NCBI GenBank assembly: GCA_038245785.1
Contig: JBBRSB010000002.1
Span: 269,588-333,587, forward strand
Direction: 5' to 3'
DNA from: Gloeobacterales cyanobacterium
Lineage (GTDB): Bacteria > Cyanobacteriota > Cyanobacteriia > Gloeobacterales > PMM-0068
Length of the DNA stretch: 64,000 nucleotides
The notes beneath the pieces are model-generated. The model worked only from the letters and a program-made list of their open reading frames with translations. It was not told the DNA's origin and did no database searches. Of the stretch, positions 1-9,352 are shown piece after piece. Position numbers and translations under genes: made by a program. Each line of letters starts with the position of its first letter. The stretch's first letter is position 1.

Positions 1-339
1 TGGTTGGCGGGACCAATCGGCACGAGATATCCGTACATCCATCAAAGGAAATACACTGCTCCGACTTTTCACCCCGATTTGGATATAGCCTTCCCCTGCT
101 CCTGAGGCAAAAAGTGGTAACAACAGAGAACGAGCGCTCTGTTCTCCTCGACGGACAAGTTGCGGAAATTTCTCTCCGGGTAGTGCTGTGATCGTCGTTC
201 CTGTGCTGTTTAAGGGAGCTTGCGCTAGAACATTTTGAGCGAGGGTGGGCATCGGCTTTGTTAAGCCTTGGGACAATTCCCCTCCGGTCAAGAGAAACAT
301 GATTCCTAATACACCTTTTGCCATAGGACGTAGGTTCAT
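1..339 (-). CDS. Hypothetical exported protein (partial, runs off the window)
   Basis: Manually translated open frame from ATG 339: MNLRPMAKGVLGIMFLLTGGELSQGLTKPMPTLAQ..., with a signal-peptide-like N-terminus and no stop before position 1. Confidence 0.6.
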   Translation of the reverse strand, partial: MNLRPMAKGVLGIMFLLTGGELSQGLTKPMPTLAQNVLAQAPLNSTGTTITALPGEKFPQLVRRGEQSARSLLLPLFASGAGEGYIQIGVKSRSSVFPLMDVRISRADWSRQP

Positions 340-443
340 GATTCTATTGCGCACTCCTCTATAGATAGGCTTGATTTCAGGCTACCCATTCAACCTGATG
401 GCCTTATCATACGATTTTGGAAGTTTAGACCATGATGTATCCA

Positions 444-1508
444 CTATTCAGGGGTAGCAGCGTCCTTTTTTCCATTTCCAGTCTCTCCAGCGTCCACCCA
501 GCGCTGCCAGAGGGTGAGCAGAACCGACAAAATCACAGGCCCTAGAATGACACCTAGGGGGCCGAAAGCGAGCACTCCTCCCAAAACGCCGAATAGCACA
601 ACTAAAAAAGGGATCCCTGCGCCCTGACTGATGAAGGCAGGTTTCAAGACGTTATCAATCGTGCTTACGACCAAAGTGCCCCAAAGAAGAAGTGCAATTC
701 CTTGCCAGAGCTGGCCTGTGAAAAGTAGCCAAAGAGCCCAAGGCAACCACACGATCAACGTAGGAATCTGAATAATTGCCAGGAGAGTAGTGATCAAGCC
801 CCAGATCACCGCCCCCTTTATACCCACCACCCCTAGTCCCAAACCAGCCAAAAATCCTTGGACTACAGCGGTCAGCGTCAAACCTAAAACAACTGCCCGT
901 ACGGTATTGGCCAAAGGGTCAAGCAAGGAAGCCAAGGCTTCTCCACCAAGGCGGTACAAGCTCCGCTGTAACTGGCTTACCCAAGTCTCACCATGACTAT
1001 AGAAGAAAAAAGCAATAAAAACCGTCAGACCCAGCGTAATAAAAATTTGAGTAACTTGCTGCCCCACACTGGCAAGCAGCGTCAATATTCCACCAATCCG
1101 GCTACGCAAGCCATCTTGGATCTGTGGTCCCAAGTCTTTCAGAGAAGCATGGAGTTGCGGACCGACAAAAGGCACTTGGAGAGAACTAGAAACCAGCGCA
1201 TCTATCTGTTTAGAGAGCGTATCGAGGCTGAACGTTTCTGCTATATCCGTGACTTGCTGGGCCAGAAGAAGTCCGATAAACATCAAAGGGAGAAAGACCC
1301 CTAGGAAGACCAGAAGCGTCATCAGCAGTGCAGACCAGACTGGGCGTTTTCCCAGCAGGTCACGTAGTTTTTCATAGAGCGGCCAAGTGACCACCGCTAC
1401 GATAATGGCCCAGCAAATAGCACTCAGAAAAGGAGCTAAAACCAACAGCGCCCCCCAGAGCAGGAGTACCGTCAATAACAAGGTGGGTAGTTGGTTTCTG
1501 TTGATCAC
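444..1508 (-). CDS. AI-2E family transporter (PerM/YdiK-like)
   Basis: Polytopic 354 aa protein; typical motifs PFLSAICWA, IDNVLKP, GVLGGVLAFGPLGVILGP. Confidence 0.9.
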   Translation of the reverse strand: MINRNQLPTLLLTVLLLWGALLVLAPFLSAICWAIIVAVVTWPLYEKLRDLLGKRPVWSALLMTLLVFLGVFLPLMFIGLLLAQQVTDIAETFSLDTLSKQIDALVSSSLQVPFVGPQLHASLKDLGPQIQDGLRSRIGGILTLLASVGQQVTQIFITLGLTVFIAFFFYSHGETWVSQLQRSLYRLGGEALASLLDPLANTVRAVVLGLTLTAVVQGFLAGLGLGVVGIKGAVIWGLITTLLAIIQIPTLIVWLPWALWLLFTGQLWQGIALLLWGTLVVSTIDNVLKPAFISQGAGIPFLVVLFGVLGGVLAFGPLGVILGPVILSVLLTLWQRWVDAGETGNGKKDAATPE

Positions 1509-1686
1509 AATTTTCTTTGGACCTGTTTGTAAGAACTACAGAGCCTCATGCTCACTGCTAACTGCTAGCGTAGCTTTTGTTTTTCTCAGTGGGTAGAGAG
1601 TCTCCTCCTCTAGGTAGAGAGCCCCATAGGCAGGCAATGTTAACCTGCTGGTATACGGTCACGAATATTCCAAGGAAGTCAGAGAA

Positions 1687-1977
1687 ATGATAGAGGAATC
1701 ATCGCGTGTAAGCTGGTTTGATCAAGATAGAGGCCCTACATATCTCTCTGAATACTTTCAGCGAATGGATTCTTGGCAGAGGGCTATGACAGATGGAAAG
1801 ATTACTCCAGAAGAGATGCGGGACCAAGCCAGTCATGTGATTGCATTGCTTAAAGAAGTGGAGCCTATGGTAAGCGAGGCTGAACACAAGCTCATCACAG
1901 AAGCGCTTTATGAAATGGCGGTACTACAGGCGATGCAAGCTTCTGCTGTCACCAGTTCCCTTCAAAAAAGCGAGTAA
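1687..1977 (+). CDS. Hypothetical helical protein ('domain A'; DG-x-I-x-P-E-E motif)
   Basis: 96 aa ORF; clearly paralogous to the C-terminus of 2445..3173. Confidence 0.75.
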   Translation: MIEESSRVSWFDQDRGPTYLSEYFQRMDSWQRAMTDGKITPEEMRDQASHVIALLKEVEPMVSEAEHKLITEALYEMAVLQAMQASAVTSSLQKSE

Positions 1978-1989
1978 GGAATCACTACT

Positions 1990-2442
1990 ATGAAAGTCAA
2001 AGCGTATCAAATTCCAGATACTTCACCTCAATATTTGGCAACATCTATAGAGTCATGGTTTCGCACTGAAGGCTTCGAAACCCAAACTCTATCAGGTCCT
2101 GAAAATACCTTCATTGTTCAAGGCAGAAAGGACAATCTAATCCGATTTTTCTTTGGGCTTTCAGCAGCACTCACGGTTACTGTTGGTACACAACCTGACG
2201 GTGCCTTAACTATTGCTACTGGCTCTGGGAGTTGGATTGACAAATACTTAGCGGGCTTTGCGGGTGTTTTTCTGTTTGCGCCCTTTGCTTTTACAGCTGC
2301 TTACGGCGTATGGCAGCAGGATAACCTTGAAGAGAAGCTCTGGTTGTACATTGTCAAGCGTCTTCCTGGTGCTGTTGAAGTGGCAGTCCAGGTACCTGCT
2401 TCACCCTTCCAACCTGTTAAATTAGCGCCCTCAGGAGAATAG
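1990..2442 (+). CDS. Hypothetical membrane protein ('domain B')
   Basis: 150 aa; AAGGA SD upstream; hydrophobic hairpin; paralogous to the N-terminus of 2445..3173. Confidence 0.75.
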   Translation: MKVKAYQIPDTSPQYLATSIESWFRTEGFETQTLSGPENTFIVQGRKDNLIRFFFGLSAALTVTVGTQPDGALTIATGSGSWIDKYLAGFAGVFLFAPFAFTAAYGVWQQDNLEEKLWLYIVKRLPGAVEVAVQVPASPFQPVKLAPSGE

Positions 2443-2444
2443 TC

Positions 2445-3173
2445 ATGCAAACACGTACCTATAATGCGCCAGGGCTGACAGACGAGGAACTTGCAGAGAA
2501 AATGCGGCTTTGGTTCGTAAGCCATGATTACGAAACTCAGCTGTTGCGCCTGCCGAATGAAAGCATCGTAGTCCAAGGTTACAGAGATGATATCTGGCGT
2601 GTAGCTTTCGGTCTCGCTGCTGCACTAACCATCCAGATCAAGTCTTTACCCGACCAGTCTCTCGAAGTTACTATTGGTGCAGGAGCCTGGGGAGACAAGC
2701 TTTTTGTGGCCGGTATTGGACTGTTGCTATTTTTACCTTTAATCTTGCCGGCGGCCTGGGGCACATGGGAGCAATATCATCTCGACAGAGAAGTCTGGGA
2801 TTTCATTGAGTCAGCGCTATCTACGGGAGGCGTATCCACCGAGCAAGCAGCTCCTACTTCTTTAACTCCCGACGAACTACCGAAAGCCTGGTTTAATGAA
2901 GAGACTAATGAAATTTATTCGGCTCAATTTTTCCAGCGCATGGAATCATGGCAAAGGGCTGTTGCTGATGGTCGGATTGACCCGGAAGAGATTCAAGCGC
3001 AAGGAGAACGGGTGTCTGGCTTACTAAAGCACATTGATTCAAGTGTCAGTGACGAAGTCCATGCGAAACTCTCGGAGACTTTTTCTGAATTTGCAGTACT
3101 ACAGGGTATGCAAGCCTATGCTATCCAACAACATATTGGCGAGAATGCCCCAAGTTCAAGCACAGCAGCCTAG
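2445..3173 (+). CDS. Hypothetical B-A fusion membrane protein
   Basis: AGGAG SD upstream; N-terminal half aligns to 1990..2442, C-terminal half to 1687..1977. Confidence 0.8.
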   Translation: MQTRTYNAPGLTDEELAEKMRLWFVSHDYETQLLRLPNESIVVQGYRDDIWRVAFGLAAALTIQIKSLPDQSLEVTIGAGAWGDKLFVAGIGLLLFLPLILPAAWGTWEQYHLDREVWDFIESALSTGGVSTEQAAPTSLTPDELPKAWFNEETNEIYSAQFFQRMESWQRAVADGRIDPEEIQAQGERVSGLLKHIDSSVSDEVHAKLSETFSEFAVLQGMQAYAIQQHIGENAPSSSTAA

Positions 3174-3181
3174 GCTCCCTG

Positions 3182-3246
3182 TACCCCTCAGTCCCTGCGG
3201 GACAGCTCCCCTCCTAGGGGAGCTGTCCCGCAGGGACTGAGGGGTA
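3182..3246. repeat. Perfect 31-bp inverted repeat with a 3-nt loop between convergent genes
   Basis: tacccctcagtccctgcgggacagctcccct-cct-aggggagctgtcccgcagggactgaggggta. Confidence 0.95.
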
Positions 3247-5343
3247 TCAAGTTCCCGGCACAACCTTCACAGGCGCAGGCGACGGCGGGGGAGAAACATT
3301 AAAAGTCGGAGAATTTTGAGGACTGGTGGCGGGTTGTTGTGATGTAGGGCTATTGGGAGCTGCAGGTTGTTGCGGAGTAGATGCAGGTTGCTGCAGCGCC
3401 GGAGAATTCGATTTATCGACTGGATCTAGGGTCGGCACAGAAGCTTGAGGAGCCCGGCTTAGATAGGGTGTGATATATACCAGCAGTTGATTATGGGTCT
3501 TTTCCTCTCTAGTATCGCTGAAGAATTCTCCAACTAGCGGTAAATACCCCAACAGAGGCAAGCGCGTTTTTACTTCGTTAACATTCTCTTGGATTAATCC
3601 ACCAATTTCTAAGGTTTGACCATCTTCTAGAATCAATTTATTAGTGACTTTTCTCCGGTTTACATCAGGAGCTACATCTACACTGTCTCTTCTTCCAGGG
3701 ACGGAGGATTCAATGCTGAGGGAAGCAAATACTTTGCCATCCCCACGAATAACAGGCTCAATCTCAATAACATTTCCAGCTCGAATGGTCTGGAATTGAC
3801 TGCTGACAGATGAAGTGCCTCCTGTACTGATAGGCGTTGTGATACGCACATTGATATCTTGGCTAACATCGATCGAGGCTTTTTGACCACTCATGGTAGT
3901 CAGCTTCGTATCCGTTAGAACTCTCCCTTTATTCTCTGTAACCAAGCCTTGGACAATGCTCAATGCACGAGCTATGTTGTTCAAGGAAGAAAAGCCATTG
4001 GCCCCTGCCCCCGCGAGCGAGCTAGCTAGACTGATAGGATTTGCATCACCACCTTGAACTCCTGTTGCATTCGAGGCAGCAGCTTTTAGAATATTGAAGT
4101 CTCTATTACCATCATCGTTTAACTGATAAGCCTTGACCGAAAAACTAACTTGCTGGATTGGAGTATCTACAGAACGCACAAAACTTTTTATACTCGTCTG
4201 GAAGTTTGAGGGACCTGAGACGATCAGGGCATTACGGGCAGCATCCACCTTAATCCCTTGAGAACGGGTATCCGGAGGAAGAGAAGCCAATACATCTTTA
4301 GCATCACTATGGACTAGCTTAAGCACTTGCACATCATCAAAATTGCGAGCGGTGGGAGAACCAGGAGTAGCATCTCCTACTCGATAGGTATCGCCATCCC
4401 GAATAAATCCAAAGTTAGTCCCGAGCAGTAATTGCTTGAGCGCATCCTCGAACGGTCTTGAAACCAAACGGGCCGTTACAGGTTCGGACAACTCACCGTT
4501 GATTACAATATCAACCCCCACTTGATTCGCCATTTCCTGCAGCGTTACATTGAGCGGGGTGGAATTGGCAACAACAGAAACCAATCTGCGGGCGGGATCT
4601 CCTTGAAATTCTTTGGGGTTCAAAGACCGCAAGGGATTAGGGTTACTCCCGCCACCACCAGAAGCGTTAGGCTGCGGCGCCCCAGGCTGGCTAACTACAA
4701 AAATATCTCCTACTTTTTCACTGCGGAGACCGGCGGCACTGGTCAAAGACTTTAGCGCTTCATCAAAAGTGGTGTTTTCTAGATTCAGCGTCACTTTCCC
4801 CTTTACTTCTTGATTAGTGACAATACTGGTTTTAGAGACTCGACTCAGAAGCGTCAAAGCATCCCGCACATCCCCATCCCGCACCTTAAGGTTGACCCGA
4901 GGACCTGTTTTCGAGGGCTGGGAAGCAGGCTGTACGAATAAAGATGGGTTATCCAAAGACTTCGCAATCGGTTCTGCTGGCTTAATAGACTCCAGCACTA
5001 GCCCAGAATTCTGCTTATTTTGCTTAAAGATATAAGCCAAGCCATTGCCCGAAAAGTCCACGGTCATCTGTACCCCCTGAGCATTCTCAGCTAGGTTCAC
5101 GCGGCCTACATTGGCCGTGTATTGGGGACTGAGAGAACCTATCTTGGCTCCAGGTAGGAGCACGACTACTTGTTTGGCATCTTGCTTCAGCACGCGATAG
5201 CCAAATGTTTCATTGGCCGATAGTTCCAAGCCATTGTTGGTTGGATTCAATTGCGTCAGGGTGGGGGTCGCCAGGAGAGGAAGCTGAGTGGAAAGAAGTA
5301 CTCCTAATACCGTCAGTGCAGAACTGAGCATTGTCTTGTTCAT
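3247..5343 (-). CDS. Outer-membrane secretin (GspD/PilQ family)
   Basis: Signal peptide, STN/secretin-N-like repeats, C-terminal secretin motif (LEDGQTLEIGGLI...LPLLGYLPLVGEFF...LLVYITP), Pro-rich tail. Confidence 0.9.
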   Translation of the reverse strand: MNKTMLSSALTVLGVLLSTQLPLLATPTLTQLNPTNNGLELSANETFGYRVLKQDAKQVVVLLPGAKIGSLSPQYTANVGRVNLAENAQGVQMTVDFSGNGLAYIFKQNKQNSGLVLESIKPAEPIAKSLDNPSLFVQPASQPSKTGPRVNLKVRDGDVRDALTLLSRVSKTSIVTNQEVKGKVTLNLENTTFDEALKSLTSAAGLRSEKVGDIFVVSQPGAPQPNASGGGGSNPNPLRSLNPKEFQGDPARRLVSVVANSTPLNVTLQEMANQVGVDIVINGELSEPVTARLVSRPFEDALKQLLLGTNFGFIRDGDTYRVGDATPGSPTARNFDDVQVLKLVHSDAKDVLASLPPDTRSQGIKVDAARNALIVSGPSNFQTSIKSFVRSVDTPIQQVSFSVKAYQLNDDGNRDFNILKAAASNATGVQGGDANPISLASSLAGAGANGFSSLNNIARALSIVQGLVTENKGRVLTDTKLTTMSGQKASIDVSQDINVRITTPISTGGTSSVSSQFQTIRAGNVIEIEPVIRGDGKVFASLSIESSVPGRRDSVDVAPDVNRRKVTNKLILEDGQTLEIGGLIQENVNEVKTRLPLLGYLPLVGEFFSDTREEKTHNQLLVYITPYLSRAPQASVPTLDPVDKSNSPALQQPASTPQQPAAPNSPTSQQPATSPQNSPTFNVSPPPSPAPVKVVPGT

Positions 5344-6458
5344 GGGAGCTTGAGCACCTGTCGTTGTTTACCTTTGGTGAGGGTGACCGTTTCATCCGTG
5401 ATGATAGCGACCGTCCATCCCTCTATGGCCGCGCCTACTTGCACTTCTGCCGTAAGGGGCTGATCTCCAACCCGCACAATGGCAAACTTTGTTTTTCCGT
5501 CTGTGGCCACTCCCTCTAAAGAAAGTACTGCTGGCAGCACTTTGGGCGGCGGCGGCAAAGGTTGAGGCTTTGGCGCTGCTACTGGTTTTGGCGCGACCAC
5601 TGGCTTGGGTTTTGGCGCTTTAGGATAAGCGGGCGAAAAGGGATTTTGGGGACCACCCGCTGCAGTTCCGGTTTCGGAGCTAGAAGCAAGAGGAGACATA
5701 TAGGATTCGCTGGGAGATTGAGGAGAGGTTGTCTCTGGCGCAGTTGTTCCCTTTTGATTGTTAGGACTCGCTGTACTTGGACTATCCGCAGGAGCAGCCT
5801 CTGGCACATACCCTGGCCCAGGCTTAGAGGAATCGCCTGAGGGTGCCCCAGGTGATACTCGAGACCGCATGGGCCGTACCGGGATAGGGGAGTTTGAGGT
5901 CGCAGGAGGGGTGGATGTTGCCGTAGTATTATTCTTCCCTGCTAGGGCACTCGGTTGCGCATCTAAATTTTTAGGAATGCTATTGGCTGTCCAGAGCACC
6001 CCTACACCCAGAACAACGACCGCTGCCGCCGTAACATAGCCCCACGATGGGACATTTTGCCAAATATCAGAGGTAAGTTTTTTGGGCTGCAGTAAATTTT
6101 TCGAGGGACCCGGTGGGGAGGGCGTCTGGGGAACTGTTGGGGACCGATAAGCAGATTGATCGGCTATGTCCCGATACGTAGATGGGGCGGGTGTATCTCT
6201 GTCTTCCCAGGGCAAAGGCGCAGAGGAAGTGGTTCTCGAATTGGCTGCTCCTGCTCCCGCTTGCCACGGGAAAGCATCATCGGCACTAGGTAGCTGAGGA
6301 CTGGAAGAGGGTTGTTCTGTCTCGCCTTCGGCTATCTCACCGCTCATGAAAACGTCTTCTCCATAAGAGATCGACGCATCAGCATCATCGCCTATAAAAG
6401 GCTCTTCCCACGGAGCGCGGGGGCGTTTTGGATCTTCTGTGGGAAACGGCTGGCTCAT
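5340..6458 (-). CDS. Pro/Ser-rich single-pass membrane protein with a GspC/PilP-like C-terminal beta domain
   Basis: One TM segment, long P/S/T linker, C-terminal LSLEGVAT...AIVRVG...VQVGAAIEGWTVAIITDETVTL; coupled to the secretin gene. Confidence 0.65.
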   Translation of the reverse strand: MSQPFPTEDPKRPRAPWEEPFIGDDADASISYGEDVFMSGEIAEGETEQPSSSPQLPSADDAFPWQAGAGAANSRTTSSAPLPWEDRDTPAPSTYRDIADQSAYRSPTVPQTPSPPGPSKNLLQPKKLTSDIWQNVPSWGYVTAAAVVVLGVGVLWTANSIPKNLDAQPSALAGKNNTTATSTPPATSNSPIPVRPMRSRVSPGAPSGDSSKPGPGYVPEAAPADSPSTASPNNQKGTTAPETTSPQSPSESYMSPLASSSETGTAAGGPQNPFSPAYPKAPKPKPVVAPKPVAAPKPQPLPPPPKVLPAVLSLEGVATDGKTKFAIVRVGDQPLTAEVQVGAAIEGWTVAIITDETVTLTKGKQRQVLKLP

Positions 6459-6460
6459 AG

Positions 6461-8017
6461 TCAGATAGTCACTACCCTGAGAACTTCTTCAATAGAGGTT
6501 TTTCCTTCCATTACTTTTTGTACTGCTGATTGGTTAAGAGAACGCTCACCCAAGTTTTGTTCCAGATGGTCCCGCATCTGTTGCTCACTCGCACGGTCAC
6601 GAATCATCTGTCTCAGCGGTCCATCTACAGGCATCATTTCAAATATTCCTTCTCGACCGAGATAGCCCATATGATTGCACAGATCGCAACCCACAGGCTT
6701 TTGCCAACGGGTAGCAGAAGGGACCTTTTCTATGCCTAAACGGCGAATATCCAAGGGGTTAGGCTCATATTCCTGACAACAATGAGGACAGATCTTACGA
6801 ACCAGACGCTGGGCCACAACCCCTAGCAAAGAGGCCGCCAGCAAATAGGGCTCAATTCCCATATCTAAGAGACGATTAACCGTACTGGGTGCATCGTTGG
6901 TATGTAGAGTACTCAAAACCAAGTGACCCGTGACCGCAGCTTGAAAGACCGTCTGGGCCGTCTCTAAGTCACGAATTTCTCCCACCATAATCACGTCTGG
7001 ATCTTGACGCAGGATGGACCGCAATCCAGAGGCAAACGTCAAACCAGCTTTTGGATTCACCTGGACTTGATTGACCGAAGAAAGTTGATACTCTATCGGG
7101 TCTTCAATAGTAACGATGTTCTTAGTGGGCGTCAGGACATTCATCAATCCGGCATAGAGCGTACTGGTTTTTCCTGAACCTGTAGGCCCTGTGATCAATA
7201 CCAAGCCCTGGCTATAGCCCAACCATGAGCGAAACCGTTTGAGTTGCTCAAAGGAAAAACCGACTTCTTCAATCTGAAAGGATTGAGTTTTGGGCAAAAG
7301 ACGGATAACTGCTTTTTCCCCATGGAGACAAGGCAAGGTACTCACCCGCAGGTCTACTTCCACCTGTCCAAAACGCTCTGTAGAGCGGCCATCCTGAGGT
7401 GTCCGCTGATTCGCAATATCGAGTTCTGCCAAAACTTTTACGCGCGCCAGGACCACTTTGCTTAAATTGGGCGACATCAAAGCTACTTCTTTGAGCAAGC
7501 CATCTATACGAAAACGCACCAGCAATCCCTGGGGCATCGGTTCAAAGTGAATATCAGAAGCTCGACACTCGAGAGCATCCAGAATAAGTTGGCGGACCTG
7601 TTCAGAGATCTGACGTTCATCCAACTCTGCACCAACGGTAGTCATCACTTTGGATGGCTTGTTCGATGGCTCAGGGGAGCGCATAGAAGAAAATGGAGGA
7701 GCAGAGAGAGAGGCAGCAGAATCTGCTACTCCTTTCAGATGCTCATAGCAACATTCCTGCCAGAGTGCGTAGTCCTCCATATCCAGGAGGGTCCACTCTA
7801 TCGGAGGATTCTTTAGTTTTTGGCTCAAGTTCGCCTGTACAAAAGCGTCTACTGGTTCAAAGTGCCCCAAATATAAGGTCGGAGCAACATAACTCAGCGG
7901 AACAATGTCCCTCAAAGCCTCCCCAAGAATATTGCGCAGAGAGAGGATTAGTCGGTCATCTAGTGCATAGTCACGAAGAAATGCACGCGTAGATTGTAGG
8001 GGAGAGGGAGGAGTCAT
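6461..8017 (-). CDS. GspE/PilB family assembly ATPase
   Basis: ASDIHFEP, Walker A GPTGSGKT, TIEDPIE, LRQDPDVIMVGEIRD, His box, tetra-Cys motif. Confidence 0.95.
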   Translation of the reverse strand: MTPPSPLQSTRAFLRDYALDDRLILSLRNILGEALRDIVPLSYVAPTLYLGHFEPVDAFVQANLSQKLKNPPIEWTLLDMEDYALWQECCYEHLKGVADSAASLSAPPFSSMRSPEPSNKPSKVMTTVGAELDERQISEQVRQLILDALECRASDIHFEPMPQGLLVRFRIDGLLKEVALMSPNLSKVVLARVKVLAELDIANQRTPQDGRSTERFGQVEVDLRVSTLPCLHGEKAVIRLLPKTQSFQIEEVGFSFEQLKRFRSWLGYSQGLVLITGPTGSGKTSTLYAGLMNVLTPTKNIVTIEDPIEYQLSSVNQVQVNPKAGLTFASGLRSILRQDPDVIMVGEIRDLETAQTVFQAAVTGHLVLSTLHTNDAPSTVNRLLDMGIEPYLLAASLLGVVAQRLVRKICPHCCQEYEPNPLDIRRLGIEKVPSATRWQKPVGCDLCNHMGYLGREGIFEMMPVDGPLRQMIRDRASEQQMRDHLEQNLGERSLNQSAVQKVMEGKTSIEEVLRVVTI

Positions 8018-8270
8018 AGATCAAAAACTTTATTGTTTACTTTGTATAGTTCCTTGACATCTGTCTAGGTTAACAGGCCTTTTTCAAGGGTCCAGGTAAT
8101 TTGCGTCACTTGTGACGGACAAATATAACGCATTTAGCCCCTGATCGTCGTCGGTAATGATGCCCTATGGTTAGGTAGAAATTAAGTGGAAATATAGATC
8201 GGGTAGGGTCAGAGCTTTCGTCTTAAACTTACAACAGGTGCAGCAGGTCTTCAATTAATTAATCTGAATT

Positions 8271-8798
8271 ATGAACACTCCCAAGCGCCCCGCTCAAGGG
8301 TTTGCCCTCTTAGAAGTCATTGTTTCAGTGGTGGTGGGAACGCTTGTTTTAGCTTTCCTGGTACGCCCTTTGAGTGCTGCCTTGATCAACCGTCTGCAGA
8401 GTGACCAGATCGCACAAGCAACTGAATTGGCCCAAGAGCAGGTGGAACTGGTACAGCACACTTGGCGAGACAATCCCAGCCTTTTGCCATCCTATGGAAG
8501 CGATGAGACAACCCCTTTCAGGGCCATTGCTACAGACGCCCGCCTCGGAATCTTGAGTGATCCAAACTTAGTGCCTATGGACCATCCTGATATTCAGAGC
8601 GTTGGTATTGACCAAAATCAAGATGGGAAAGCTGATTTTATCCTGCAATGCTTCGCGGGCAAGTCGCCCAATCTCACGGAAGTAGGTTCTCAAACCCAAC
8701 GTTCGGTAGTTCGTATCTACAAAGCACCCCTCAAACCAGAAGATTCACCTAAACCTCTGGCCCTAATCGTGAATGATATTTACGTGGGTAAGTCATGA
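8271..8798 (+). CDS. Prepilin-type N-terminal cleavage/methylation protein (minor pilin/pseudopilin)
   Basis: Class III signal QG|FALLE followed by a hydrophobic helix. Confidence 0.85.
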   Translation: MNTPKRPAQGFALLEVIVSVVVGTLVLAFLVRPLSAALINRLQSDQIAQATELAQEQVELVQHTWRDNPSLLPSYGSDETTPFRAIATDARLGILSDPNLVPMDHPDIQSVGIDQNQDGKADFILQCFAGKSPNLTEVGSQTQRSVVRIYKAPLKPEDSPKPLALIVNDIYVGKS

Positions 8799-9352
8799 AG
8801 CTTTGGGACTATGGCTATAAAAAGCGTCTCAACGCAGGATTCACGCTGGTTGAAGTCCTGATTACTATTAGTGTGATGGGTATTCTTGCCAGTGTCGCCA
8901 TTCCCAATATCGTAGGCTTACTGGAGCGCCAGCAGCTACAGCAAGGCATTGGGCAAGTAGAATCGCTACTTCATCAGGCTCGTCAGTATGCACTCAGTCA
9001 AGGAGTGACTACTTCCGTTCAGTTTGATGAACAGAACAACACGATCACGGCTTGTGAAAGCACGCTTGAATCTCAGTGCAATGGGCGAACTATCCAGACG
9101 CTACAGCTAGGTTCAATAGAACTCATCAAGAGTGCTTTGCAAGGCCCAAAGGGTGAACCTGACCGCAGTCTAGCCTTTGACTTTAGAGGATATCTGCTTA
9201 CCCCCGAAGATGTCCTACAGCCGATTACGCTCAGACATTCCCGAAATCTGAATCTCACTCGTAGCATTTACCTCGTTTCGATTTTAGGAACAACCTGGGA
9301 TGCTCCAGCCGCCGCCATTCCTGAGAATGAGAGCGTGCCCAATGCCTCATAG
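8795..9352 (+). CDS. FimT/GspH-like pseudopilin
   Basis: AG|FTLVE...AIP; LHQARQYAL; AFDFRG motif. Confidence 0.85.
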   Translation: MKLWDYGYKKRLNAGFTLVEVLITISVMGILASVAIPNIVGLLERQQLQQGIGQVESLLHQARQYALSQGVTTSVQFDEQNNTITACESTLESQCNGRTIQTLQLGSIELIKSALQGPKGEPDRSLAFDFRGYLLTPEDVLQPITLRHSRNLNLTRSIYLVSILGTTWDAPAAAIPENESVPNAS

